NCBI GenBank assembly: GCA_045613905.1
Contig: JAZLBW010000002.1
Coordinates: 68,502 to 132,501, forward strand
Source of the DNA: Candidatus Caccoplasma sp.
GTDB lineage: Bacteria; Bacteroidota; Bacteroidia; Bacteroidales; G3-4614
Reading direction: 5' to 3'
DNA: 64,000 nucleotides
Of this stretch, positions 10,487 to 19,797 are shown in pieces. Positions within the stretch are counted from its first letter, which is position 1, and each line of letters begins with the position of its first letter. The notes beneath the pieces were generated by a model, which searched no databases, had not been told where the DNA came from, and saw only the letters and a list, made by a program, of their open reading frames with translations. A program made the translations under genes and the position numbers.

Positions 10487-10516
10487 GGGATTAGGATTTT
10501 TTCCTACTCCCTTTTT
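10487..10516 (+). terminator. rho-independent terminator after the OmpA-family gene
   Basis: Stem GGGATTAGGA / TCCTACTCCC (10 bp, 1 mismatch) with a T-rich loop, followed by TTTTT. Confidence 0.55.
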
Positions 10517-10734
10517 CCTTATCTGTTAATCTCTAACTTAGCGTATCTACTCCTCATCTCTATCCCCTCTACAGATTATTAGTTAAGAAATTTTACTCCG
10601 TCGCACAGGGTAGTAAAATCATCAGTCGTGCTGTCACATTAAAACTTTTCTCTCCTCACAAAATCAGTTTGTATAAATTTCGCACTTACTGCCTATGTTT
10701 TGGTATTTTCTTTGGCAATAAAATATGTAAAAAT

Positions 10735-11934
10735 ATGGCAAGTGTAAAAGTAAAGTTCCGTGCTTCTAAAATAGAAGGCAAGGAGGGAAAAATCTATTAT
10801 CAAATCATTCAGAATCGTGTAGTTCGTCAGTTAAAAACCAATTATCGACTCTATGCGAATGAGTGGAACGAGAGTAAAAACAGAATAACCATAACCAATA
10901 ACAGTCGCCAAAACTATCTTAAAACCATTGGGGAGAGAATATATTGGGATATTAAACGATTGCAGGCGATAATCAATTTATTGGAGAGTAAAAATATAAA
11001 ATACTCGACAGATGAAATAATCTCAACTTTTCAGAAGCAAGACAATGAGCAATCGCTATTCAACTTTATGCAGAGTGTCATTTTGCAACTACAGCAGATG
11101 GGTAAGCAACGCACATCAGAAACCTATCAAGCAACGCTTCGGAGTTTTATGAGTTTCCGAGAGGACAGGGATATTCTACTGTATGAGATAGATTCAGATA
11201 CAATGTTGATGTATGAAGCGTATTTGCAGAATAGAGGATTGACAAAGAATACAACTTCGTTCTATATGCGAATCTTGCGTGCTGTATATAATCGTTCAGT
11301 TGAAAAGGATTTAATCGTTAATCGAAATCCATTTAAACACGTTTATACAGGCGTTGATAGGACCGTTAAGCGAGCCATTCCGCTAAAAACAATCAAACTA
11401 ATAAAGAACCTTGACCTCTCGTTGCAGTCCTCGCTTGATTTTGCTCGAGATATGTTTATGTTCTCATTTTACACACGTGGAATGTCTTTTATTGATATGG
11501 CATACCTCAAGAAAAAAGACCTCTCTAATGGCATACTATCATACCGCAGACGCAAAACAGGGCAACAATTATTCATTAAATGGGAGAGGTGTATGCAAGA
11601 GATTATTGAAAAATACGATAATCCTCACTCCTCTTACCTATTGCCCATCATAAAGCCAACAAATGGAGACGAACGCACACAATATCAAAATGCAATGTGC
11701 CTTGTTAACCGCAAACTCAAAATTATAGGGCATATGGTGGATATTCAACAACCCTTAACCATGTACTCAGCACGGCACTCATGGGCAAGTGTAGCAAAGA
11801 ATAAAAATATACCAATATCAGTAATAAGTGAGGGAATGGGACACGACTCAGAAATGACGACACAAATCTACCTGGCTTCGTTAGATAATGCAGTAGTTGA
11901 CAAAGCAAATGCTCAGATATTAAAGGATTTGTAG
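10735..11934 (+). CDS. site-specific tyrosine recombinase (Bacteroidales phage-integrase family with N-terminal Arm DNA-binding domain)
   Basis: Start moved to ATG 10735 (MASVKVKFRASK..., the typical Arm-domain N-terminus). The C-terminal catalytic region has ARHSWA, GHDSEMTTQIYL (H..Y). Confidence 0.85.
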   Translation: MASVKVKFRASKIEGKEGKIYYQIIQNRVVRQLKTNYRLYANEWNESKNRITITNNSRQNYLKTIGERIYWDIKRLQAIINLLESKNIKYSTDEIISTFQKQDNEQSLFNFMQSVILQLQQMGKQRTSETYQATLRSFMSFREDRDILLYEIDSDTMLMYEAYLQNRGLTKNTTSFYMRILRAVYNRSVEKDLIVNRNPFKHVYTGVDRTVKRAIPLKTIKLIKNLDLSLQSSLDFARDMFMFSFYTRGMSFIDMAYLKKKDLSNGILSYRRRKTGQQLFIKWERCMQEIIEKYDNPHSSYLLPIIKPTNGDERTQYQNAMCLVNRKLKIIGHMVDIQQPLTMYSARHSWASVAKNKNIPISVISEGMGHDSEMTTQIYLASLDNAVVDKANAQILKDL

Positions 11935-11964
11935 GATATGGGGGTGTTTAGCAAAACGCTACAA

Positions 11965-11982
11965 CTCTTACCAAGAGATGAA
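11965..11982. repeat. left inverted repeat of the candidate invertible segment
   Basis: CTCTTACCAAGAGATGAA is the exact reverse complement of 12134-12151. Confidence 0.9.
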
Positions 11983-12133
11983 TATCTAAACGCAAAGATA
12001 CGTAATTTATATTAGATAAAGGATTTAATAATTCAAGAAAATTAATATTTTACAAATTTTATATACAATAGTTTAGCATATCAAGGATAAATGTATTGTA
12101 TTGTTGTTGATACATAAGATGTTATAAAAACGG

Positions 12134-12151
12134 TTCATCTCTTGGTAAGAG
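12134..12151. repeat. right inverted repeat of the candidate invertible segment
   Basis: TTCATCTCTTGGTAAGAG is the exact reverse complement of 11965-11982. Confidence 0.9.
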
Positions 12152-12248
12152 ATGTGCATAAATTAAGAATGTAATGTGAAGGATTTTGCCTGCCTCATAA
12201 AACATTAAAGAATTTAGATGATAATATAAAAACAAATCAAATACAATT

Positions 12249-14219
12249 ATGAAAAAATTAAATTTATTGCTTTTATTGATATTCAGTGTCATTTCGCTGA
12301 ATATTTATGCTCACGATTTTGAAATGGTTAATAGCGATGGAAAAACTATTTATTACGATATTATTTCGTCTGCGGACTTAACAGTCTCTGTTAGTTACAG
12401 AGGAAGTAGTTATAGTAGTTATACTAATGAGTATGAAGGAGATATTTCCATTCCATCATCAGTTTCATATAATGGAAAAACATATAGTGTCACTTCAATT
12501 GAAAATAATGCATTCAGGAATTGTGATGGTTTGACTTCTGTAACAATCGGTAACGGTGTCACTTCAATTGGAGATGAAGCATTCTATCATTGTGATGGTT
12601 TGACTTCAATAATCATCCCTAACAGTGTCACTTCAATTGGAGATGATGCATTCTATTATTGTTATGGTTTGACTTCAATAACCATCCCTAATAGTGTCAC
12701 TTCAATTGGAAATTATGCATTCCGTTCGTGTGATGGTTTGACTTCAGTAACAATCCCTAACAGTGTCACTTCAATTGGAAATTATGCATTCGGGGATTGT
12801 GATGGTTTGACAACTATTATAGTAGATGAAGGTAATAGTAAATATGATTCACGCGAAGATTGCAATGCAATAATAGAGAGTGAAACTAATACTCTAATTT
12901 CAGGCTGTAAATCTACTATTATCCCTAACAGTGTCACATCAATAGGCTCTTCTGCATTCTACGGTTGTAGTGGTTTGACTTCAATAACTATCCCTAACAG
13001 TGTCACTTCTATTGGAGATTATGCATTCTTTTCTTGTGATGGTTTGACTTCTGTAACCATCCCCAATAGTGTCACTTCAATTGAAAATAATGCATTCTCT
13101 TGGTGTGATGCTTTGACTTCAGTAACAATCGGTAACGGTGTCACCTCAATTGGAGATGATGCATTCTACGGTTGTAGTGGTTTGACTTCCGCAACAATAG
13201 GCGACAGTGTCACTTCAATTGGAAATTGGGCATTCTCACGTTGTAGTGGATTGACTTCTGTAACAATCGGTAACAGTGTCTCCTCAATTGGAGATTATGC
13301 ATTCTCTTATTGTGATGCTTTGACTTCAATAAATGTAGATTCCGACAATCCATCTTATACATCATTAAATGGAGTGTTATTCAATAAAGGGAAAACACAG
13401 TTGATAATATATCCTAAAGGGAAAGAAGGGTCATACAACATCCCTAACAGTGTCTCTTCAATTGAAAATAATGCATTCTCTTATTGTGATGCTTTGACTT
13501 CAATAACCATCCCAAACAGTGTCACTTCAATTGGAGATAGGGTATTCGATAATTGTAAAGGTTTGACTTCAATAACCATCCCAAACAGTGTCACTTCAAT
13601 TGGAAATTATGCATTCAGGAATTGTGATGGTTTGACTTCAGCAACCATCCCTAATAGTGTCACTTCAATTGGAAATTATGCATTCTCTTCTTGTGATGCT
13701 TTGACTTCAATAACTATTCCTAATAGTGTCACTTCAATAGGAGAAGATGCTTTCTGGGGTTGTAGTGGTTTGACTTCCGCAACAATAGGCGACAGTGTTA
13801 TTTCAATAGGAGATGAGGCATTCAGTAAATGCACCGGCTTAACAGAGATTTACTCGTTAAATCCCGAACCTGCAATATGTAATGGAAATTCTTTCTCACA
13901 AGTTGATAAAACTATTCCTGTATATATTCCATATGGATCAAAAAGTGCTTACAAATCGGCAGCTGAGTGGAAAGATTTTACAAACTTTATTGAGAGCGAG
14001 TTCACAGGAGTTGATGAGGAAGTAATCTCAACTTCAGATATTAAGGTTATATCGGGTAATGGTATTGAGGTTAACGATTACTACGGCCGCATTCGCATTG
14101 TAAACCTTGCAGGGCAAGTTATAAAAGATGCTTATGTAAATGGTTATGTTCAATTATCTTTACCTAAAGGTGTTTATATTGTAGTTACAGAAAACTATTC
14201 TCAAAAAGTAATTTTATAA
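12249..14219 (+). CDS. BspA-type leucine-rich repeat surface protein with T9SS C-terminal sorting domain
   Basis: Signal peptide and about 20 copies of the 23-aa unit IPNSVTSIGxxAFxxCxGLTSVT. The C-terminal ~70 aa (…RIRIVNLAGQVIKD…GVYIVVTENYSQKVIL) are typical of Por/T9SS CTDs. Confidence 0.85.
   Translation: MKKLNLLLLLIFSVISLNIYAHDFEMVNSDGKTIYYDIISSADLTVSVSYRGSSYSSYTNEYEGDISIPSSVSYNGKTYSVTSIENNAFRNCDGLTSVTIGNGVTSIGDEAFYHCDGLTSIIIPNSVTSIGDDAFYYCYGLTSITIPNSVTSIGNYAFRSCDGLTSVTIPNSVTSIGNYAFGDCDGLTTIIVDEGNSKYDSREDCNAIIESETNTLISGCKSTIIPNSVTSIGSSAFYGCSGLTSITIPNSVTSIGDYAFFSCDGLTSVTIPNSVTSIENNAFSWCDALTSVTIGNGVTSIGDDAFYGCSGLTSATIGDSVTSIGNWAFSRCSGLTSVTIGNSVSSIGDYAFSYCDALTSINVDSDNPSYTSLNGVLFNKGKTQLIIYPKGKEGSYNIPNSVSSIENNAFSYCDALTSITIPNSVTSIGDRVFDNCKGLTSITIPNSVTSIGNYAFRNCDGLTSATIPNSVTSIGNYAFSSCDALTSITIPNSVTSIGEDAFWGCSGLTSATIGDSVISIGDEAFSKCTGLTEIYSLNPEPAICNGNSFSQVDKTIPVYIPYGSKSAYKSAAEWKDFTNFIESEFTGVDEEVISTSDIKVISGNGIEVNDYYGRIRIVNLAGQVIKDAYVNGYVQLSLPKGVYIVVTENYSQKVIL
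12444..13845 (+). repeat. tandem 69-bp (23-codon) LRR coding repeats, many near-identical at the DNA level
   Basis: Strings such as CAGTGTCACTTCAATTGGAAATTATGCATTC recur throughout. Three repeat blocks are separated by short non-repeat linkers. Confidence 0.85.
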
Positions 14220-14248
14220 TTTCTCGGATTATATAAATCTTCGAAAAC

Positions 14249-14285
14249 GAGAGGGTGACCCGTTTTTCTTTTGGATCACCCTCTC
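14249..14285. terminator. hairpin between the convergent LRR and PBP1A genes
   Basis: 10-bp perfect stem GAGAGGGTGA / TCACCCTCTC with a 17-nt loop. The flanking T-runs are weak. Confidence 0.45.
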
Positions 14286-14319
14286 TTGTGTAAGGGTTGA
14301 ATAAAAAGAGCTATTTGTC

Positions 14320-16698
14320 TTAATCAAACATTCCCTCCATTACATCTTCTTCAACCTTAGTTTCTTCGCGGATTGTGGTCTCCTTTGAAACCGCTTCAAA
14401 ATCGCCTTCGCCACATAAATCCTCGTATTCTTCGGGTACTTCAAAATCTAAATCTTGAGAGTAGCCCAATGTTGGGTCGGCATAAACTTTCTGCATAAAC
14501 AATCCATATATGGGAAGTGCCATTGATGCTCCTTGACCTACAGACATACGGTCGAAGTGGATTGAACGATCCTCTCCTCCTACCCACACTCCTGCTGCAA
14601 GTTCGGGTGTGAACGCCATAAACCAACCATCTGAGTTATTATTGGTTGTTCCTGTTTTTCCACCCATTGGTGCTGTAATTCCATATTTGTATCTCATACG
14701 AACACCTGTTCCCTCGTTTACTACATCTTTAAGGATTGAAAGCATCTTGTAGTAGGCTTGTTGACTTACCACTTCAGTCATATTGGGAGTGAATGTTGAT
14801 ATTACGTTTCCGAAGTTGTCCTCAATTCGCGTTACATATATGGGATCTACGCGTATTCCTCCATTTGAAAAGGCTGTATATGCTGTTACCATCTCCTCCA
14901 CAGAGACCTCGGCAGGTCCTAAACATAGTGCCATCACGGGGTCAATGTGATTGCGTATTCCAAACGAGTGCATTAGCGTTGCCAACGACTGTGGAGAGAG
15001 TTGATTCATCAACCAAGCAGATATCCAATTATTAGAAGTTGTCAATCCCCAGCGAAGTGTCACGTTTTCTCCCACTCTCTTATCTGAGGCATTACGAGGC
15101 GCCCAGACATCTCCTGTATATTGATCTACTATATATGGCTGTACGTTTGGTGCCAAATCGCATGGTGTAAAGCCCTCCTCCATGGCTAAAGTGTATAGGA
15201 ATGGTTTTACGGTTGACCCAACCTGACGACGTCCTACAGATGCCATATCGTATTGAAAGTGACGGAAATCCACTCCTCCAACATATGCTTTTACATGTCC
15301 GTTTTTGGAGTTAACCGCCATAAATCCTGTATGCAAGAACGATTTGTAGTAACGAATAGAGTCCATGGGGGTCATTGTGGTATCCACAACTCCGCGCAAT
15401 GTATATACCTGCATATCGCAAGGCGTATTAAATGCGTCATCTATCTCAGCTTCGCTTTTTCCTGCTTTCTTCATTATACGGTATCTGTCGCTCTGCTTTT
15501 TGCTTCTGTCAAGCATAGATTTAACCTCCTCGGGTGTTACATCTTCAGAGAATGGAGCATTGGCTTTGCGACGCAACTCTTTGAAAAATTCGGGTTGCAA
15601 ATATCCGTTTATATGCTCTTGTACCGCAGCTTCGGCATACTCTTGCATGCGAGAATCGATGGTTGTGTATATCTTCAATCCATCAGTATAGATATTGTAT
15701 TTTGAGCCATCGGCTTTTTTGTTTTTGTTACACCAACCATACAATGGATTTGTCTCCCATGCTATTGAGTCATCAACATATTGTTGACGTTGCCAACCTC
15801 TGTAATCGGAACGTTTTGGCTCTTTTGCCGTAAGCATAAGACGCAATTTCTCTCTGAAATATGGAGCAATTCCCTCTTTATGGTCAGCTTTACTGAATTT
15901 TAATGTAATTGGCAATTGAACGAGAGAATCTCGCTCTGCTTCTGTAATGTATCCTGCCTTCTCCATCTGCGAAAGAACGACATTACGGCGAGCCTGTGTC
16001 TGCTCTTTACGACGAACAGGATTGTATAGTGATGGGTTTTTCAACATACCCACAAGCATTGCAGCCTCCTCGGTTTTTAGTTTATCGGGGGTGGTACTGA
16101 AATATACCGATGCCGCCGATTGTATTCCAACCGCATTGTAAAGAAAATCGAATTTATTGAGATACATCTTTATTATCTCTTTCTTTGTATAGAATCGTTC
16201 CAATTTTAGAGCTATAACCCACTCTATTGGTTTTTGAAAAAGACGTTCCATCTTGCTATCGGTACTTGGAGAGAACAACTGTTTTGCCAATTGCTGTGTA
16301 ATGGTACTTCCTCCTCCTGCTGTTCCAACTCCCGATATTCCCTTTACAACAGCTCTTACCAACGCTCGTATATCTATTCCCGAGTGTTCGTAAAAGCGTT
16401 CGTCTTCAGTTGCGATGAGAGCTTCAATGAGAACGGGCGATATATCTTGATAATCGACATAGACACGGTTTGCCTGACTTTGGTGATAGTTTCCTATTAC
16501 CTTCAAATCAGACGAATATATTTCAGAGGCAAATTTGTCTTTAGGATTCTCCAGCTCCTCGATGGGTGGCATATATCCTATTTTGCCGTTTGCAATAAGA
16601 ACAAACAAAATTACTACCGAAATTATGCCTGTTGCAAAAAGCACCCATAACGATTTTATTATTTTACTCTCTATCTTTTTATTTTTTATTATTCCCAT
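14320..16698 (-). CDS. mrcA: penicillin-binding protein 1A (bifunctional transglycosylase/transpeptidase)
   Basis: 792 aa with an N-terminal TM helix. GT51 motifs EDERFYEHSGID and GGSTITQQL. Transpeptidase motifs STVKP and KTGTT. Confidence 0.9.
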   Translation of the reverse strand: MGIIKNKKIESKIIKSLWVLFATGIISVVILFVLIANGKIGYMPPIEELENPKDKFASEIYSSDLKVIGNYHQSQANRVYVDYQDISPVLIEALIATEDERFYEHSGIDIRALVRAVVKGISGVGTAGGGSTITQQLAKQLFSPSTDSKMERLFQKPIEWVIALKLERFYTKKEIIKMYLNKFDFLYNAVGIQSAASVYFSTTPDKLKTEEAAMLVGMLKNPSLYNPVRRKEQTQARRNVVLSQMEKAGYITEAERDSLVQLPITLKFSKADHKEGIAPYFREKLRLMLTAKEPKRSDYRGWQRQQYVDDSIAWETNPLYGWCNKNKKADGSKYNIYTDGLKIYTTIDSRMQEYAEAAVQEHINGYLQPEFFKELRRKANAPFSEDVTPEEVKSMLDRSKKQSDRYRIMKKAGKSEAEIDDAFNTPCDMQVYTLRGVVDTTMTPMDSIRYYKSFLHTGFMAVNSKNGHVKAYVGGVDFRHFQYDMASVGRRQVGSTVKPFLYTLAMEEGFTPCDLAPNVQPYIVDQYTGDVWAPRNASDKRVGENVTLRWGLTTSNNWISAWLMNQLSPQSLATLMHSFGIRNHIDPVMALCLGPAEVSVEEMVTAYTAFSNGGIRVDPIYVTRIEDNFGNVISTFTPNMTEVVSQQAYYKMLSILKDVVNEGTGVRMRYKYGITAPMGGKTGTTNNNSDGWFMAFTPELAAGVWVGGEDRSIHFDRMSVGQGASMALPIYGLFMQKVYADPTLGYSQDLDFEVPEEYEDLCGEGDFEAVSKETTIREETKVEEDVMEGMFD

Positions 16699-16758
16699 CT
16701 CTATACCTATTACTCTTTTTCCGTGATAATATTACGCCTCGTATGGCGCATTACGAGA

Positions 16759-16766
16759 CAAAGATA
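16759..16766 (-). promoter_or_regulatory. -7 promoter box TATCTTTG upstream of the PBP1A gene
   Basis: Exact match to the Bacteroidetes TAnnTTTG consensus, 61 bp upstream of the ATG at 16698. Confidence 0.4.
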
Positions 16767-16912
16767 ATCTTTTTTTCTTTGAAGGCATTTAGAAACTGTT
16801 TGAATTTTAATGAAAACAGCCAAAACGAAGCCATTATTTACCATAAAAAACTTTTTATATGCTCTTTTTAATATTTTTGATGTTGATAGTTTAATAAGTC
16901 TGTTTTTTTTTA

Positions 16913-16920
16913 TAGTTTTG
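16913..16920 (+). promoter_or_regulatory. -7 promoter box TAGTTTTG upstream of pyrB
   Basis: Exact TAnnTTTG match about 80 bp upstream of the pyrB ATG, preceded by a T9 run. Confidence 0.4.
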
Positions 16921-17000
16921 TATTGAGGTAAATATTGTGTACTTACAAAAACACAACTACCTAATATTTGGAAATTTAAGTTTTTTACATTGCTATTTTT

Positions 17001-17915
17001 ATGAAAAGTGAGAGCTTAGTCTCTATTACCGACTACTCTAAAGAGGAGATTTTGGAGGTATTGGAGAGCGCAAAACATTTTGAAGAGAATCCCAACCAAA
17101 AAATTTTGGAGGGTAAAGTTGTGGGCACTCTGTTTTTTGAGCCATCAACCAGAACACGTTTGAGTTTTGAGACAGCAGTTACTCGTTTGGGAGGTAGAAT
17201 TATTGGTTTTTCTGATGCTTCGACTACAAGTTCGACTAAAGGTGAGACTTTGCACGATACTATTAAAATGGTTAGCAACTATGCCGATTTGATTATTATG
17301 CGACACTACCTTGACGGTGCTGCAAGATATGCCGCAGAGGTGTCGGACACACCAATTATCAATGCCGGCGACGGTGCAAATCAACACCCCTCACAAACAT
17401 TGCTTGACCTGTATTCTATATATAAGACTCAAGGTACTTTGGACGGGTTGAACATTACCATGGTGGGAGACCTTAAATATGGAAGGACTGTTCACTCTTT
17501 GATTATGGCAATGTCGCATTTTAATCCTACATTCCATTTTGTTGCTCCCGATGAACTTAAAATTCCTGATGACTATAAAAAGTTCTGCGACTCAAAAGGA
17601 ATTAAATACTACGAACACACAGAGTTCTCGCAAGAGGTTATAAACAACGCAGACATACTGTATATGACTCGTGTTCAACGTGAACGTTTTACCGACTTAA
17701 TGGTTTACGAAAAGGTTAAAGATGTTTACGTTCTTAAGAACAGCATGCTCGATGACTCAAAGGATAATTTGAAAATTCTCCACCCGCTTCCTCGCGTAAA
17801 CGAGATTGCATACGATGTTGATGCCAATCCAAAAGCATACTACTTCCAACAAGCTAAAAACGGAGTATATGCTCGTCAAGCTATAATTTGTAAAGTATTG
17901 GGTATTAAAATTTAA
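17001..17915 (+). CDS. pyrB: aspartate carbamoyltransferase catalytic subunit
   Basis: 304 aa with motifs [13 protein letters not shown] and HPLPR. Confidence 0.95.
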   Translation: MKSESLVSITDYSKEEILEVLESAKHFEENPNQKILEGKVVGTLFFEPSTRTRLSFETAVTRLGGRIIGFSDASTTSSTKGETLHDTIKMVSNYADLIIMRHYLDGAARYAAEVSDTPIINAGDGANQHPSQTLLDLYSIYKTQGTLDGLNITMVGDLKYGRTVHSLIMAMSHFNPTFHFVAPDELKIPDDYKKFCDSKGIKYYEHTEFSQEVINNADILYMTRVQRERFTDLMVYEKVKDVYVLKNSMLDDSKDNLKILHPLPRVNEIAYDVDANPKAYYFQQAKNGVYARQAIICKVLGIKI

Positions 17916-17920
17916 GCGCT

Positions 17921-18382
17921 ATGATTGAATTAAAGAAAGAGTTAAAAGTGGCAGCTCTTGAAAACGGAACTGTTATTGACCATATACCATCGGACAAATT
18001 GTTTAAAGTTGTTGAGATTCTAAAACTTTCGAAGCTTGACAAAGCCATTACAATTGGTAATAATCTAACAAGCAAACACACCGAAAAGAAAGGTATCATA
18101 AAAATTGCCGACTACTTCTTTAAAGAAAAGGATATTAACAGAATTGCAATTGTTGCCCCAAAAGCAAAAATCAATATCATAAAAAACTACGAGGTAATTG
18201 AGAAGTATATTGTTGAGTTACCCGATGAGTTGTGCGATATTATTAAATGCAACAATCCCAAGTGCATAACAAACAACGAGCCTATGCACTCTGTTTTCTA
18301 TATTCAAGACAAAGAGAGTGTAAGAGCCAAATGTAAATATTGCGAGCAAGTTATTACTTTTGAGGATATTAAACTTTTATAA
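17921..18382 (+). CDS. pyrI: aspartate carbamoyltransferase regulatory subunit
   Basis: 153 aa immediately after pyrB. C-terminal zinc cluster CNNPKC...CKYCE. Confidence 0.9.
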   Translation: MIELKKELKVAALENGTVIDHIPSDKLFKVVEILKLSKLDKAITIGNNLTSKHTEKKGIIKIADYFFKEKDINRIAIVAPKAKINIIKNYEVIEKYIVELPDELCDIIKCNNPKCITNNEPMHSVFYIQDKESVRAKCKYCEQVITFEDIKLL

Positions 18383-18384
18383 TA

Positions 18385-18417
18385 AATTAGGAATTAGAAT
18401 TTCTAATTTAAATTAAG
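18385..18417. repeat. TTAG-heptamer element, copy D (AATTAGG/AATTAGA subtype)
   Basis: AATTAGG AATTAGA followed by the palindrome AATTAGAA-T-TTCTAATT, then AATTAAG. Fills the pyrI to flavin reductase intercistronic gap. Confidence 0.55.
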
Positions 18418-18993
18418 ATGCACGTCGCCTGGAAACCCGGAACAATGATATACCCTCTTCCTGCCGCTCTTGTGAGTTGTGGAGGAAGCGAGGAGGAGTA
18501 TAATATGCTAACGGTGGCTTGGGTAGGGACTATCTGTACCAACCCAGCGATGTGTTACATTTCTGTTCGTTCCGAAAGACATTCATACCCCATAATTGAG
18601 AAAAACAGAGCCTTTGTCATAAATCTTACTACTGAAGATATGGCAAAGGCAACTGATTTATGCGGAGTTAAAAGCGGAAAGGATTGCAATAAATGGGAGT
18701 TGACAGGATTTACCCCTGTTGCTTCGGAAGTTGTAGCTGCTCCATACATAAAGGAGTCGCCATTGTGTATTGAGTGTGAGGTTGAACAAATTATAAAGTT
18801 AGGCTCACACGATATGTTTATTGCAAAAGTTATACAGGTTCTTGCCGACGAGAAGTATCTTAACCCCGAAAATGGCAAATTTGAGTTAGAGAGAGCCAAA
18901 CTGCTTGCCTACTCTCATGGGCACTACTATGGTTTGGGAGATGAAATAGGAAAATTTGGATGGTCGGTAATGAAAAAAAGAAAGAAAAAATGA
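18418..18993 (+). CDS. flavin reductase family protein
   Basis: 191 aa resembling the flavin reductase-like FMN-binding split-barrel domain (…LTVAWVGTICTNPAM…SHDMFIAKV…). Confidence 0.75.
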   Translation: MHVAWKPGTMIYPLPAALVSCGGSEEEYNMLTVAWVGTICTNPAMCYISVRSERHSYPIIEKNRAFVINLTTEDMAKATDLCGVKSGKDCNKWELTGFTPVASEVVAAPYIKESPLCIECEVEQIIKLGSHDMFIAKVIQVLADEKYLNPENGKFELERAKLLAYSHGHYYGLGDEIGKFGWSVMKKRKKK

Positions 18994-19700
18994 GAATCGT
19001 TTTTATACTAATATCCCTTCTTCTTGTATTGCCACAAACGTTTGCTCAAAACGCTAAACACAAGAGCGATAAAAGATTCAACTTCGGTATTTCGGTATCG
19101 GCCAATGCCCCATTTGTTCACGATAGAAAGATGATTATAAACAACGTGGAGAGCAATACACCCGATAACGAAACAAGAATGGCGGGTTGTGTTTCGCTGT
19201 TTGGTAGGGTAAACATGAAAAAACACTATCTTCAATTGGAAGCAGGTAACTCATTCATCAGGGATATTGTGTTATTGGACATCAAAGACTTCGGATACCC
19301 TACTCACCAAGAGATAAACTCACGAAACTTTGCAATAACATTCGACCTTCCTTTGATATACGGTTACAACTTTGTAAAAAGGGATAAGTATGAGTTATCG
19401 CTATTTGCGGGACCAAAGATGAGATACACCTACTACAACAAAGAGAATATATCTAACCCTCAGGATATTGCATTTACCATAAATGAAGGAGTAAACCCAT
19501 TTACAGCATGTTGCATTATTGGCATGGGAGCTAAAATGTCGAGACTTTTTATCGATTTCAGATATGAATTTGCAATCACCGTTCACAACAAACCCGGGAC
19601 ATATTCTCTATACGAAAACAACACTTTTATATCGGAAGGAACTTTTTATGCTAAAAGAGGTATAAATTTATTAAGTTTTTCTTTAGGAGTTATTTTGTAA
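18990..19700 (+). CDS. hypothetical outer-membrane beta-barrel-like protein
   Basis: Start moved to ATG 18990 (MRIVFILISLLLV signal peptide), overlapping the upstream stop as ATGA. Alternating aromatic/polar pattern. Confidence 0.55.
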   Translation: MRIVFILISLLLVLPQTFAQNAKHKSDKRFNFGISVSANAPFVHDRKMIINNVESNTPDNETRMAGCVSLFGRVNMKKHYLQLEAGNSFIRDIVLLDIKDFGYPTHQEINSRNFAITFDLPLIYGYNFVKRDKYELSLFAGPKMRYTYYNKENISNPQDIAFTINEGVNPFTACCIIGMGAKMSRLFIDFRYEFAITVHNKPGTYSLYENNTFISEGTFYAKRGINLLSFSLGVIL

Positions 19701-19716
19701 GTATTAACATTATGAG

Positions 19717-19724
19717 TAACTTTG
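19717..19724 (+). promoter_or_regulatory. -7 promoter box TAACTTTG upstream of glyA
   Basis: Exact TAnnTTTG match 74 bp upstream of the glyA ATG. Confidence 0.4.
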
Positions 19725-19797
19725 CAACTCATTTCAGCAACACTGAAAATTTAGCGCAAACAAACTTTTGAAATTATATTAACACATATCATATTTT

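Larger units (their letters stand above)
11965..12151. promoter_or_regulatory. candidate invertible promoter (inverton), assembled in the OFF orientation relative to the LRR gene
   Basis: A perfect 18-bp IR pair bounds 151 bp of AT-rich DNA. The only exact TAnnTTTG -7 box in the intergenic region is TATCTTTG on the minus strand (11993-12000). A tyrosine recombinase gene sits immediately upstream. Confidence 0.6.

Noticed and set aside
10735-14219. Integrase plus cargo considered as an integrated mobile element (prophage/ICE/IS)
   Set aside because: There are no excisionase, mobilisation, replication or phage genes, no flanking tRNA and no recognisable att direct repeats. The recombinase has the Arm-domain Bacteroidales type that commonly serves local DNA inversion, and a perfect IR pair lies immediately downstream.
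14441-16726. Multiple 60-150-aa ORFs on both strands inside the PBP1A gene
   Set aside because: All are nested within or antisense to a 792-aa ORF that has complete GT51 and transpeptidase motifs.
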